64,000 nucleotides of DNA, from NCBI GenBank assembly GCA_016184225.1, contig JACPDA010000004.1, forward strand, positions 538,763-602,762, given 5' to 3'. Positions 36,823 through 45,147 of this stretch are shown in pieces. Position 1 is the stretch's first letter. Each line of letters opens with the position of its first letter. Position numbers and translations under genes: made by a program. Below the pieces are notes generated by a model. The model ran no database searches and was not told the DNA's origin. It saw only the letters and a list, made by a program, of their open reading frames with translations. Source of the DNA: Candidatus Daviesbacteria bacterium. Lineage in GTDB: Bacteria > Patescibacteriota > Microgenomatia > Daviesbacterales > UBA10151.

Positions 36823-38339
36823 AGAATAATCCTTGCTACTTGTTTTGACTGGATTATCTCCAGCGCCACGGGTAGGATAACAGTAAAGACAGTGCCCTGT
36901 TTTATGCTTGATTTGACCGTAATCTTACCACCCATGTGATTAATAATTCCACTGGTGATATAGAGCCCGAGTCCCGAGCCTTCAAACTTATCCTTGACAT
37001 TGTGCGCCCGGTACATTTTCTGAAATATTCTCTCCTGGGCTCCCTTCGGAATTCCCACACCTGAATCACTAATTTGCAGGATAAGCTCTTTTTCCGTCCT
37101 GGAAATTTTTAAACTGACTGTGCCGCCAGCCGGGGTAAATTTGACTGCATTAGATAAAAGGTTGTGCATAATCATATAGATGGCATTGGAATATGTTTGA
37201 TAAGCCTTGATATCTCTGCCTGAAATAAGTTTAAATTTGATTTTTTTGTCCTTAATCCGGTTTTCTAAATCCTCGATTACATCAGAGGCTATTTTTAAAG
37301 GATTTACTTCCTCATATTTATATGAAAGGATTCCGAACTCCATCCGGGTGGCATCCAGTAAGTCATTGGTAAGCTGGATCATTCTTTGGGTCTGTTCGTA
37401 AATGCGGTCCAGGAATTTTTTCTGCTCCGCAGAATACTTTTGACCTTCTTCGTTCAGTCGCTCCAGGGACCAGGCAACGGCTGAGAGGGGGGTACGCAAG
37501 GTATGGGAAGCAAAGTACAGGAATTCGTCTTTGGCCCGGTCAATGGCTACCTGTTGGCTGACATTCCGGTAAATGTTAACTGCCCCTACCACTGTACCGT
37601 CTAAAATTACCGGCGCTGAGGTGATAAACAGGGGAAGTTTTTCAACACCTTTCCTTATTAGGAAATAAATTCCATGCCCGACCTGGGCAGTAGTTAACGC
37701 CAGCTGGATAGGACGTAAGGCTTTAGGTATTATTTTGCCATGTTCATCTGCCAGTTTAAATTCCGCAAACAGAGACTTTCCTAACACATCCTGGGTTTTC
37801 CAGCCAAATATAGCTTCAGTTTTATTGTTTAAAGCAATGATTTCCCCTTTCTTGTCCATGGCGATTACACCATCGCCAATACTTTCAAGCAGGGCTTTTT
37901 CCTTAACAAATTCTTCCTGCAAAGACCGATTGAGGGTTACCAGTTGGCTGGCACGTTTCGCCAGTTCTGTTTCAGCTTCTGTGTACTCGGTTATATCATG
38001 CTGGATTTGGACATAAAAAACCGGCTTGCCGTTTTTTTCAATGGGAATGTAACTAGCATTGATTTGATACAAGGAACCGTCTTTGCGTTTATTGATTACC
38101 TCCTTGGTGGTAAAGGGTTTTCCACTCATTAGTGCTTGATAGAGCGCCCGGTACACCCGCAAGGGAGTTTGACCGCTTTTTAAAATACGGGGATTTTTAC
38201 CTTTGACTTCCGCTAATTTATAACCGGTTAATCTCTCAAAAGCAGGATTAATATAAACAATATCCGGGTTAGTGTCTGTGATAACAACCGCCTCGGGCAG
38301 TATTTTTAATGCCGGTAAATAATCTAAAGGGTGGTTCAT
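36819..38339 (-). CDS. Sensor histidine kinase with PAS domains
   Basis: Two PAS-like regions, HisKA (ASHTLRTPLSAV) and HATPase_c (G-boxes DSGVGI, GSGLGL). Confidence 0.75.
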   Translation of the reverse strand: MNHPLDYLPALKILPEAVVITDTNPDIVYINPAFERLTGYKLAEVKGKNPRILKSGQTPLRVYRALYQALMSGKPFTTKEVINKRKDGSLYQINASYIPIEKNGKPVFYVQIQHDITEYTEAETELAKRASQLVTLNRSLQEEFVKEKALLESIGDGVIAMDKKGEIIALNNKTEAIFGWKTQDVLGKSLFAEFKLADEHGKIIPKALRPIQLALTTAQVGHGIYFLIRKGVEKLPLFITSAPVILDGTVVGAVNIYRNVSQQVAIDRAKDEFLYFASHTLRTPLSAVAWSLERLNEEGQKYSAEQKKFLDRIYEQTQRMIQLTNDLLDATRMEFGILSYKYEEVNPLKIASDVIEDLENRIKDKKIKFKLISGRDIKAYQTYSNAIYMIMHNLLSNAVKFTPAGGTVSLKISRTEKELILQISDSGVGIPKGAQERIFQKMYRAHNVKDKFEGSGLGLYITSGIINHMGGKITVKSSIKQGTVFTVILPVALEIIQSKQVARIIL

Positions 38340-38956
38340 TCAAGCTCCGTTTCTAACAATTGCAATTTAGGAATGGTAATGAAGTGGCTATTATAGGAAA
38401 TAAGCTTTTTATTAAGCAGGTTATTAATTTCTATGGTTACCCGCTCGCGGGAGAGCCCGGCAATGCTGGCTATATCCTGGTGGGTAAACCAGTAGGCAAT
38501 GACCGTACCCTCTTTATCCTTTTGGCCAAAACATTCGACCAGAGTTAAAAGGGTTGTCACTACTTGTTGGTAGGCATCGTTAAAAATTTTAGATTCCAGT
38601 TTTTTGATAGCTGACTGTGAAAAGGTAGTTAGTTGTTGCAAAATTTTTACACCTGCACCTGGTTTTTCTGCAATTAGTTGCTGCAGCTTGCTCTTTTCCA
38701 AGCCGTAAATTTCCACCGGTGTTAAAGATTCAAAATAGTATTTATTAGGCTCTGGATCTTTATTCCACAAGATCGGAAAAACAGAGGAAGGAGAAAATAT
38801 ATGCAGTGTTAACTCCGCGCCTTCTCCGGAAATGGTATACAACCTGATATAGCCCTGGTTTAAATAGAAGATACGGTTTAAATCATCAGAGCCGGTAATT
38901 GTCTCTTTTCTCCTAAAAAGCATCGGTTTAGATTGTTTTAAGAAACTATCCAGCAT
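38336..38956 (-). CDS. Crp/Fnr family transcriptional regulator
   Basis: cNMP-binding beta-roll plus a C-terminal HTH (QDIASIAGLSRERVTIEINNL). Confidence 0.7.
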   Translation of the reverse strand: MLDSFLKQSKPMLFRRKETITGSDDLNRIFYLNQGYIRLYTISGEGAELTLHIFSPSSVFPILWNKDPEPNKYYFESLTPVEIYGLEKSKLQQLIAEKPGAGVKILQQLTTFSQSAIKKLESKIFNDAYQQVVTTLLTLVECFGQKDKEGTVIAYWFTHQDIASIAGLSRERVTIEINNLLNKKLISYNSHFITIPKLQLLETELE

Positions 38957-38993
38957 ATAGGTTGATTGCCGGATGAGTATAGCATTTGAGAGG

Positions 38994-39428
38994 TTATTCT
39001 ACAACCAAGTTCCCGACCATGCCTTTCTCGGTATGCGTGGGAACAGAACAATTATATTGGAAGGTGCCGCTTTTGTCGACAATGAAATCAATTGTGTCCT
39101 GCTCGCCCTTTTGGATGGTCTTTGTTGCGGCATTTAAGTCCTTAATGGTGAGATTATGCATGCCCAGTTCGTTTTTAAAGGTAATTCTGACCCTATCTCC
39201 AAGCTTCACTTTAATTTCCGCCGGTTCAAATTTAAAGGGAGTGCCGACTACGGTAAATTCCTTGACATTGGACTCTGTTGGTGTTGGTTGGGGTTGGACG
39301 GCCGGGGTTTGGACTTGATCAGACTGTCCTGGTTTGGACAAAAGCATCCATCCTAAAAGGGCAACCGCGATAACTATGCCAAATCCTGCGATAAATTTTG
39401 TGTTTGTACTCATTGGTGCTATTATCAA
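38994..39428 (-). CDS. Cupredoxin (plastocyanin/azurin-like type-1 copper protein), membrane-anchored
   Basis: H(MHNL)...CSVPTHTEKGM: the His/Cys/His/Met ligand pattern. Confidence 0.65.
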   Translation of the reverse strand: MIIAPMSTNTKFIAGFGIVIAVALLGWMLLSKPGQSDQVQTPAVQPQPTPTESNVKEFTVVGTPFKFEPAEIKVKLGDRVRITFKNELGMHNLTIKDLNAATKTIQKGEQDTIDFIVDKSGTFQYNCSVPTHTEKGMVGNLVVE

Positions 39429-39490
39429 CGAATTGGTCAGGGATTTCTGTGATTTAGGTCACACTTTTTAAAAGTGGTAGAATAAATAAT

Positions 39491-40099
39491 ATGTTAGAAG
39501 CGGTTGCTAATTGGATTATATATGTCATATCAGCTCTCGGTTACCCGGGAGTGATTCTGACCATGGCTATTGAATCTGCCCTGATTCCCCTTCCTTCGGA
39601 AATAATCATGCCCTTTTCCGGATTTTTGGTTTCCACCGGCCGGTTTGACTTAAATTTAGTGGCCCTGTCCGGTGCTATTGGAAATGTTTTAGGGTCTTTG
39701 GCAGCCTATGCCTTAGGTTACTGGGGACACGAAAAGCTGGTCAGAAGGTTTATCAGACGGTTTGGCAAGTGGTTTTTGATTTCCGAGAAAGAGCTGGATG
39801 AAACGGAGAAACTGTTACGCAAATTTAAGGATTTGGTGGTTTTGGGCAGTAGGGTAGTACCCGGGATCAGGACAGTCATCTCTTTACCCTGCGGGTTTGC
39901 CAAGCTGCCTTTGGGCAGGTTTATAGTCTTAACCTTTATCGGTTCGCTGGCATGGTCATATTTCCTGGCCTGGATTGGATTTGTAATGGGGGAGAATTGG
40001 GATAGCCTGGGACCGTATTTCCATAAAGCCGATGCAGTTGTGGTGGTACTGATAATTGGGGCATCACTCTTTTACGTCTATCACAAGATTAAAAATTAG
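39491..40099 (+). CDS. DedA family membrane protein
   Basis: GYPGVILTMAIESALIPLPSEIIMPFSGFL signature. Confidence 0.75.
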   Translation: MLEAVANWIIYVISALGYPGVILTMAIESALIPLPSEIIMPFSGFLVSTGRFDLNLVALSGAIGNVLGSLAAYALGYWGHEKLVRRFIRRFGKWFLISEKELDETEKLLRKFKDLVVLGSRVVPGIRTVISLPCGFAKLPLGRFIVLTFIGSLAWSYFLAWIGFVMGENWDSLGPYFHKADAVVVVLIIGASLFYVYHKIKN

Positions 40100-40108
40100 G
40101 TTTGTAAC

Positions 40109-40726
40109 TTACTGGAACCGGCGGATTACTCCGACGCATTTGCCCTGGATTTTGACATCAGTAGCATAAATAGGGGACATGGAGGAGTTGGCCGGCTCCA
40201 AACGGATACGGCCGGCTTCTTTGAAAAAGCGTTTTAAGGTAGCCAGGCCATTTTCCAACAGAGCTACCACTATATCTCCGTCTATGGCAGTATTTTGTTC
40301 TTCAATAATGACATAGTCTCCGTCTAAAATCCCCTCCTCTATCATGGAATCCCCTTTTACTTGCAGGACATAAGAGCGTTTCTTGCCGGAGACCATGTTA
40401 GGAGCAACTTTAATAGTGGCATCAGGGTCAGTGTAGGTCATAATTGGTTGCCCGGCGGCAATAAAACCTAAAACCGGCAGTTCGATCCCCTTTAATGTAC
40501 TGGATATTTTTTGGTCCAAAACTTCTATGCCCCTGACTGCCCCTTCAAACCGCTTGATAACGCCTTTGTGGGCTAAGGCCTGCAAATGCTCATGGACGGT
40601 GGCTAAAGAGGAAACTCCGATGGCCTCGGCTATTTCTCCCAAAGTCGGGGAGTAGCTGTATTTTTCAATGTATTGCCTGATGAAATCCAGTATCTGTTTT
40701 TGGCGGCGGTAAAGGGTTATCGGCAT
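40109..40726 (-). CDS. lexA: LexA repressor
   Basis: N-terminal winged HTH (TLGEIAEAIGVSSLATVHEHL) and an S24 peptidase domain with AAGQPI cleavage site, Ser (GDSM) and Lys. Confidence 0.85.
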   Translation of the reverse strand: MPITLYRRQKQILDFIRQYIEKYSYSPTLGEIAEAIGVSSLATVHEHLQALAHKGVIKRFEGAVRGIEVLDQKISSTLKGIELPVLGFIAAGQPIMTYTDPDATIKVAPNMVSGKKRSYVLQVKGDSMIEEGILDGDYVIIEEQNTAIDGDIVVALLENGLATLKRFFKEAGRIRLEPANSSMSPIYATDVKIQGKCVGVIRRFQ

Positions 40727-40735
40727 GCTGTATTT

Positions 40736-40764
40736 ACATTACCAATAAAACCCGAAAGTGTCAA
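40736..40764 (-). promoter_or_regulatory. Candidate lexA promoter (TTGACA-17-TAATGT on the minus strand)
   Basis: Hexamers read from the sequence immediately upstream of the start codon. Confidence 0.3.
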
Positions 40765-40773
40765 GACCCTAAT

Positions 40774-40965
40774 TTAAGGAGAGCCGTGACCGATAATTAG
40801 ATTATCCAGAAGCCCTCTTAGTGAGGACTCCCTGGTGATTTTTTCAGCAGGCATTTTTAGTTTTGGTTGATCGATAGGTGCGGTCCAGAGAGTATAAAAG
40901 GCACCGAATATTGATTCGTTTAAAACCCTCTCTGTCTTAAGCCTTATTTTGTGAATTTTGCTCAT
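40774..40965 (-). CDS. Hypothetical small protein upstream of lexA
   Basis: 63-aa ORF. Could be spurious. Confidence 0.2.
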   Translation of the reverse strand: MSKIHKIRLKTERVLNESIFGAFYTLWTAPIDQPKLKMPAEKITRESSLRGLLDNLIIGHGSP

Positions 40966-40973
40966 ATACTGAT

Positions 40974-41111
40974 ACGGACTCAGTTGAAGGGTAGGCCCAA
41001 GAATTGTATTGGTAGATATGAATCTTTATTTTTGTCAGATCTCCATAATCTTCTTGGATGAACTTGATAACTCATCAGTATCAAGTCTTTTCCTACCCTC
41101 AACCTGAGTAG
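40974..41111. repeat. IR-flanked AT-rich ~140-nt element (MITE-like), copy 2
   Basis: ctcagttgaagggtaggcccaagaatt ... ttcctaccctcaacctgag. Confidence 0.5.
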
Positions 41112-41213
41112 GTGCATAATAAACTTTGAAAATAAGAAGTTTAAAAAAAATATGTAATAAATAGGTTAGAACAGTGGGTTGTAATAGGTTTTGATGGTAT
41201 AATCTTACAATCA

Positions 41214-41885
41214 ATGATAAAGACAATTTTAGTTGTTGAAGATGATACCGGGCTTCAAAGATACTTAAAAGAGCTGCTCACAGAAAATAATTACTCTGTA
41301 AAAATAGCTTCAGATGGAATTGCTGCCCTCAATTCCATCTCCAAACTGCCTCCAAACCTAGTGGTTTTAGATCTGGGACTTCCCAATATGAGCGGGGAGG
41401 CGGTTTGTACGGAGATACGAAAGAAATACCCCGAGCTGACAGTAATCATCTTAACTGCCAAGGACGAAGTTTCCGAGATCGTCTATGGTTTAAACTTAGG
41501 CGCAGATGATTATATGACCAAACCGTTTCAGGCGGATGAGCTTTTGGCCAGGATAAAAGCCCGTCTGCGGCATAAAAACGGAGAAGAGGCTAAACTTAAG
41601 GTGGCTGATTTGGAACTAAATAGTGAAAAATTTGAAGTCAAACGCGCCGGCAAAACAATCCAGCTGACCCCTCAGGAGTTTAAGCTGCTGCAATATCTAA
41701 TGAGCAATAAAGGCAGAATTTTAACCAGGGAGATGATTTTAAACAGGGTGTGGCTTTATTCCAGTGATGTGGAAACCAGGGTGGTTGATGTTTACATGGG
41801 ATATCTGCGTAAAAAAATTGACTCTAATCTTTCCAAAAAACTTATCCATTCGGTTCGAGGTTTTGGCTACATGATTAAGGAATAA
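41214..41885 (+). CDS. OmpR-family DNA-binding response regulator
   Basis: Receiver domain (LVVLDLGLPNMSG) and a winged-helix trans_reg_C domain (RVVDVYMGYLRKKID). Confidence 0.8.
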   Translation: MIKTILVVEDDTGLQRYLKELLTENNYSVKIASDGIAALNSISKLPPNLVVLDLGLPNMSGEAVCTEIRKKYPELTVIILTAKDEVSEIVYGLNLGADDYMTKPFQADELLARIKARLRHKNGEEAKLKVADLELNSEKFEVKRAGKTIQLTPQEFKLLQYLMSNKGRILTREMILNRVWLYSSDVETRVVDVYMGYLRKKIDSNLSKKLIHSVRGFGYMIKE

Positions 41886-41960
41886 AGCAGCATCTTCTAT
41901 TACACTTTTATTACAGAATGCTTATCGGATTTTATATTAAGGTCTATAGCGTAGATCAAA

Positions 41961-42725
41961 ATGATAAAAAGGGAATGTTTGTTGGGATGTGACTTAGATG
42001 GCGTAGTGGTAGATGATGTACCCCTGATGATGAAAATCCTAAAAGCGAAATTTCCGGAAAAGTATGGCTCAGTCAGTGAGGGCGATCTAAATCTTCTCAG
42101 TCCAATACGAAACCTTGATCGTTATCCGGAGCTTCCAACTGATCGAATTGAGTTTTTGAAGGATAGCCGGTACATCCGTGATCTTTCTCCTTGTGCTGGG
42201 GTTTTAACTGGTGTGCCGTTAGTGCGGATATTTTGTGACCGGATGTATCTGATTAGCGCCAGGTGGACAAACCAAGGGGATTCCATAGAGCAGCTTTTTC
42301 AAGAATGGGGATTGTCAGGACACTTCGACGCTAAGTTTTTAAGGGGTGTAAACTCTAAAGAAAGTGCATTGGAGGCGAAACTGCGAAATGCCCAAAGAGA
42401 GGGTATTACCCATATGGTAGAAGATGACCCCGGAATTGCACTTGCGTTTGCTGAGGCTGGTATGGAAGGTGTTGCGCTTATTATTAATTGTCCGGAGAAA
42501 AACGTAGTTCCTAATGGTCCAAATCTTAAGAAATTTCGCAGTTTTCATGATTTTGCAATGGATGTTGTTAATCATCGTTCTGTGAGGGCGGTTTTTGAGC
42601 AATATGAGCCGGGGGAGAGGGATAAGATTCATCAGCCAGATCCCCTTTGCTTAGATCCTTGTGGCCTCAGGAAAATCTGTATAGTTTCCGGACAAGCTGC
42701 TTTTTCACTACTCGATCCTAGTTAA
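41961..42725 (+). CDS. HAD-superfamily hydrolase (5'-nucleotidase-like)
   Basis: Motif I DLDGVVVD. Motif IV VEDDPG. Confidence 0.45.
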   Translation: MIKRECLLGCDLDGVVVDDVPLMMKILKAKFPEKYGSVSEGDLNLLSPIRNLDRYPELPTDRIEFLKDSRYIRDLSPCAGVLTGVPLVRIFCDRMYLISARWTNQGDSIEQLFQEWGLSGHFDAKFLRGVNSKESALEAKLRNAQREGITHMVEDDPGIALAFAEAGMEGVALIINCPEKNVVPNGPNLKKFRSFHDFAMDVVNHRSVRAVFEQYEPGERDKIHQPDPLCLDPCGLRKICIVSGQAAFSLLDPS

Positions 42726-42734
42726 TTCTCTATC

Positions 42735-43757
42735 CTAATTTATATACCAGTAAATACTCCCTTTTTCTTTTAGTGGATTCATCACCAGATAGACGTTTTC
42801 TGGAGAACCTGAAAGTTGACCTATGTGGTCTGCCACAGTATTAAGATAAAAAGCCATATTTCTCATTTGTTTTAAAGCATTTGGATCAGCAGGTATCAGG
42901 TCGCTCCACTTAGATGTAAAAAAAGGATTGGTTGAGAATTCTATTTTCCTTTTTATTCCTCTTAGCTTCTCTGCCTCTTCAAGCATCTCGTTATTGATTG
43001 TTTCCATGTGTTGTAAATCCGCATTTTTTCTTACAATATCTTTAACTTTTCTACCTATCATATATCCCAATCTATCTTCCATTATAGACCCAGTAAGTAT
43101 GATTCTATATTTCTCTAGAACCATTTGGACATCTTCATCATTGGAGTTTAATATCTCTTTGCGCAGTTCCCCTGCTCGCTGCTGTACCCGCAAATCAGGT
43201 ACAAGCACCAAATAAAGCGTACTGCCTTGTCTATTTCCCCTTTTATCTTCTTGGGCAATTAACTTGAGTGCTGAAACTCCTCTGTCTCTTGGCTGTGTCG
43301 CCCCTATTCCAGTTAATTCCACAAATTTAACTTCCCGAGTACCCTTACTAATTGGAGGTATCTCTGCCTTCTCTGCTAATTTTTGATTGAGTATTGACCA
43401 TTCACGGGTACCCCAATTTTGTACAGGCCTGGATTCACTCGGCCCAAACTCTTTTTCGCACTCCTCTTTCACCTTTTCATAAGTTGCAGATGTGAAAGTT
43501 ATACTTCCTGTTCCTGTTCGCAACTCCTGTAATACCGCTTGTTTTAATTCTTCAAGAAGCATTGTTTTGCCAACTCCGGCAGAACCAATTGTTACAACTC
43601 TGGCAATATCCGGGTCTTCCAGGATATCATGTGCGATGTGTGAACCAATCCGGCCGGCCCCTATAGTTCGGACATCTCTTAAGCTCGGCAATAATACTAA
43701 TGGTATATATTCTCTTTTTTCTGGATTTATTGGTTGTGGTTCGTCCTCTTTTTTCAT
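42735..43757 (-). CDS. P-loop NTPase domain protein, co-oriented with and overlapping the GAF histidine kinase
   Basis: Walker A GSAGVGKT. Walker B-like LYLVLVPD. 4-nt overlap with the upstream HK. Confidence 0.4.
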   Translation of the reverse strand: MKKEDEPQPINPEKREYIPLVLLPSLRDVRTIGAGRIGSHIAHDILEDPDIARVVTIGSAGVGKTMLLEELKQAVLQELRTGTGSITFTSATYEKVKEECEKEFGPSESRPVQNWGTREWSILNQKLAEKAEIPPISKGTREVKFVELTGIGATQPRDRGVSALKLIAQEDKRGNRQGSTLYLVLVPDLRVQQRAGELRKEILNSNDEDVQMVLEKYRIILTGSIMEDRLGYMIGRKVKDIVRKNADLQHMETINNEMLEEAEKLRGIKRKIEFSTNPFFTSKWSDLIPADPNALKQMRNMAFYLNTVADHIGQLSGSPENVYLVMNPLKEKGSIYWYIN

Positions 43758-44911
43758 GTCTTTAATTTAGGTAATCTAATTTCAATAGTTGTACCTTTAG
43801 TTAATGCTGACTTGACGGTAATCGAGCCATGATGTTGTACGATGATCGTTTTCGCCAAAAACAATCCCACACCCAAACCGTCCTGAGTATTATTAGATCC
43901 TTTGTGGAAAAGCTTAAAAATTTTAATTTGCTCTCCCTTGGGAATTCCGTGGCCGCGGTCCTTTATTTTAATAATGTAGCTTGATGAGTCTGAACTTAGG
44001 TTTAACGCAATAGGTATTTGTTGAGGGGAAAACTTGGCAGCGTTACCTAGTATATTGTTAAGTACCTGAATCAATTTTTCGGAGTCACCTACTATAGTAT
44101 ATCCTTGGCGTGGCTTTTTTTTTAGAATTAATTTTCTTTCTGGAAAGGAAAACGAGAAATTAATCATGGCTCTTCTTATGATTTCCGTTAAGCTGGTTTC
44201 CTTGAAAATATAGTGAAAAGTACCAGAATGCATACGATTGATCTCTAAAAGTTCTTGTATAAGGTGGGTTAACCTGATGCTTTCACGAGACAACTCTCTG
44301 ACCCAGGAAGCTTCTGAAGACACCTTTTTAGAGAATCTATTTTCTAAAAGTTGAATGTACCCATTTAAGGTCGTAAGAGGCGTTCGGAGTTCATGCGCTG
44401 CCAAAGCAATAAAAAGATCTCTTACCTCAACGGCTTTTTTAGTTTCTTCTTGAAGTTGTGCTTTTCGGATTGCCAAACTGGCAAAATGACCAAATAGTTT
44501 TAGAATGCTAAATTCTTTATCAGTAAAATGTTCCTCTTTCTCGGACTGCACTGTTAATACACCGATGGACTTATTTTTGTAGGATAGAGGGATCATAATA
44601 TCCGCAGATGCTTTAAGTTCCTTATACTCTGGATGAATCTTCACATTCTGGGCTCTGGTTAGAATTGTTGGTCTATGAGTGCTGAATACTTTATAAGCGT
44701 ATCCTCTCTTTCGTGGTTTTATCCTATAAAGAATTGGAGAGGAAGCATATGCTCTTTTAAATGAGCCATTTTGCATAAGCATGATTGACCCATATTTTGC
44801 TTTTACTAATTTAATTGCCTCATTAACAATGACTCTATATGTTTCGTCAAGTGTCAGTGGTTCTAAAAATTTCGGTCCGGCTTTATAAACTTTTTCAAGA
44901 ATGTTATCCAT
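43754..44911 (-). CDS. Sensor histidine kinase with N-terminal GAF domain
   Basis: GAF-like N-terminus, HisKA (AAHELRTPLTTL), HATPase_c (DRGHGIP, GLGVGL). Confidence 0.75.
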   Translation of the reverse strand: MDNILEKVYKAGPKFLEPLTLDETYRVIVNEAIKLVKAKYGSIMLMQNGSFKRAYASSPILYRIKPRKRGYAYKVFSTHRPTILTRAQNVKIHPEYKELKASADIMIPLSYKNKSIGVLTVQSEKEEHFTDKEFSILKLFGHFASLAIRKAQLQEETKKAVEVRDLFIALAAHELRTPLTTLNGYIQLLENRFSKKVSSEASWVRELSRESIRLTHLIQELLEINRMHSGTFHYIFKETSLTEIIRRAMINFSFSFPERKLILKKKPRQGYTIVGDSEKLIQVLNNILGNAAKFSPQQIPIALNLSSDSSSYIIKIKDRGHGIPKGEQIKIFKLFHKGSNNTQDGLGVGLFLAKTIIVQHHGSITVKSALTKGTTIEIRLPKLKT

Positions 44912-45147
44912 ATAGAATTACCTTATCTGCAGCGGAATTATAACATAATTTTATACCAATTTCTTACAAAGCTTTATCATAATATGCGGTTATGTTCTTA
45001 CAAAAATTGCTTAATATAAGTCAAATTAACTGTCTGGCAAGTTATGTAATCTGCTAATTCTTACAAACAATGATTAATTATTGTGACGGCAGTTACAGAA
45101 ATTAGAAATTTATTATTGTAAAAATAGTGACAAAGGAAAATTAAAAA

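Noticed and set aside
40727-40745. CTGTATTTACAT next to the lexA start as a possible E. coli-type SOS box
   Set aside because: Lacks the ACAG half-site of CTGT-N8-ACAG and does not match the Gram-positive CGAAC-N4-GTTCG box either. The LexA operator of this lineage may differ, so only a sigma70-like promoter is annotated.
41035-41226. 63-aa ORF (also 5997..6182 and 8646..8924, and many antisense ORFs inside the giant gene and dnaE)
   Set aside because: They lie within the MITE-like element, tRNA genes, or antisense to strongly supported genes. They are low-complexity and have no motifs. Judged spurious.
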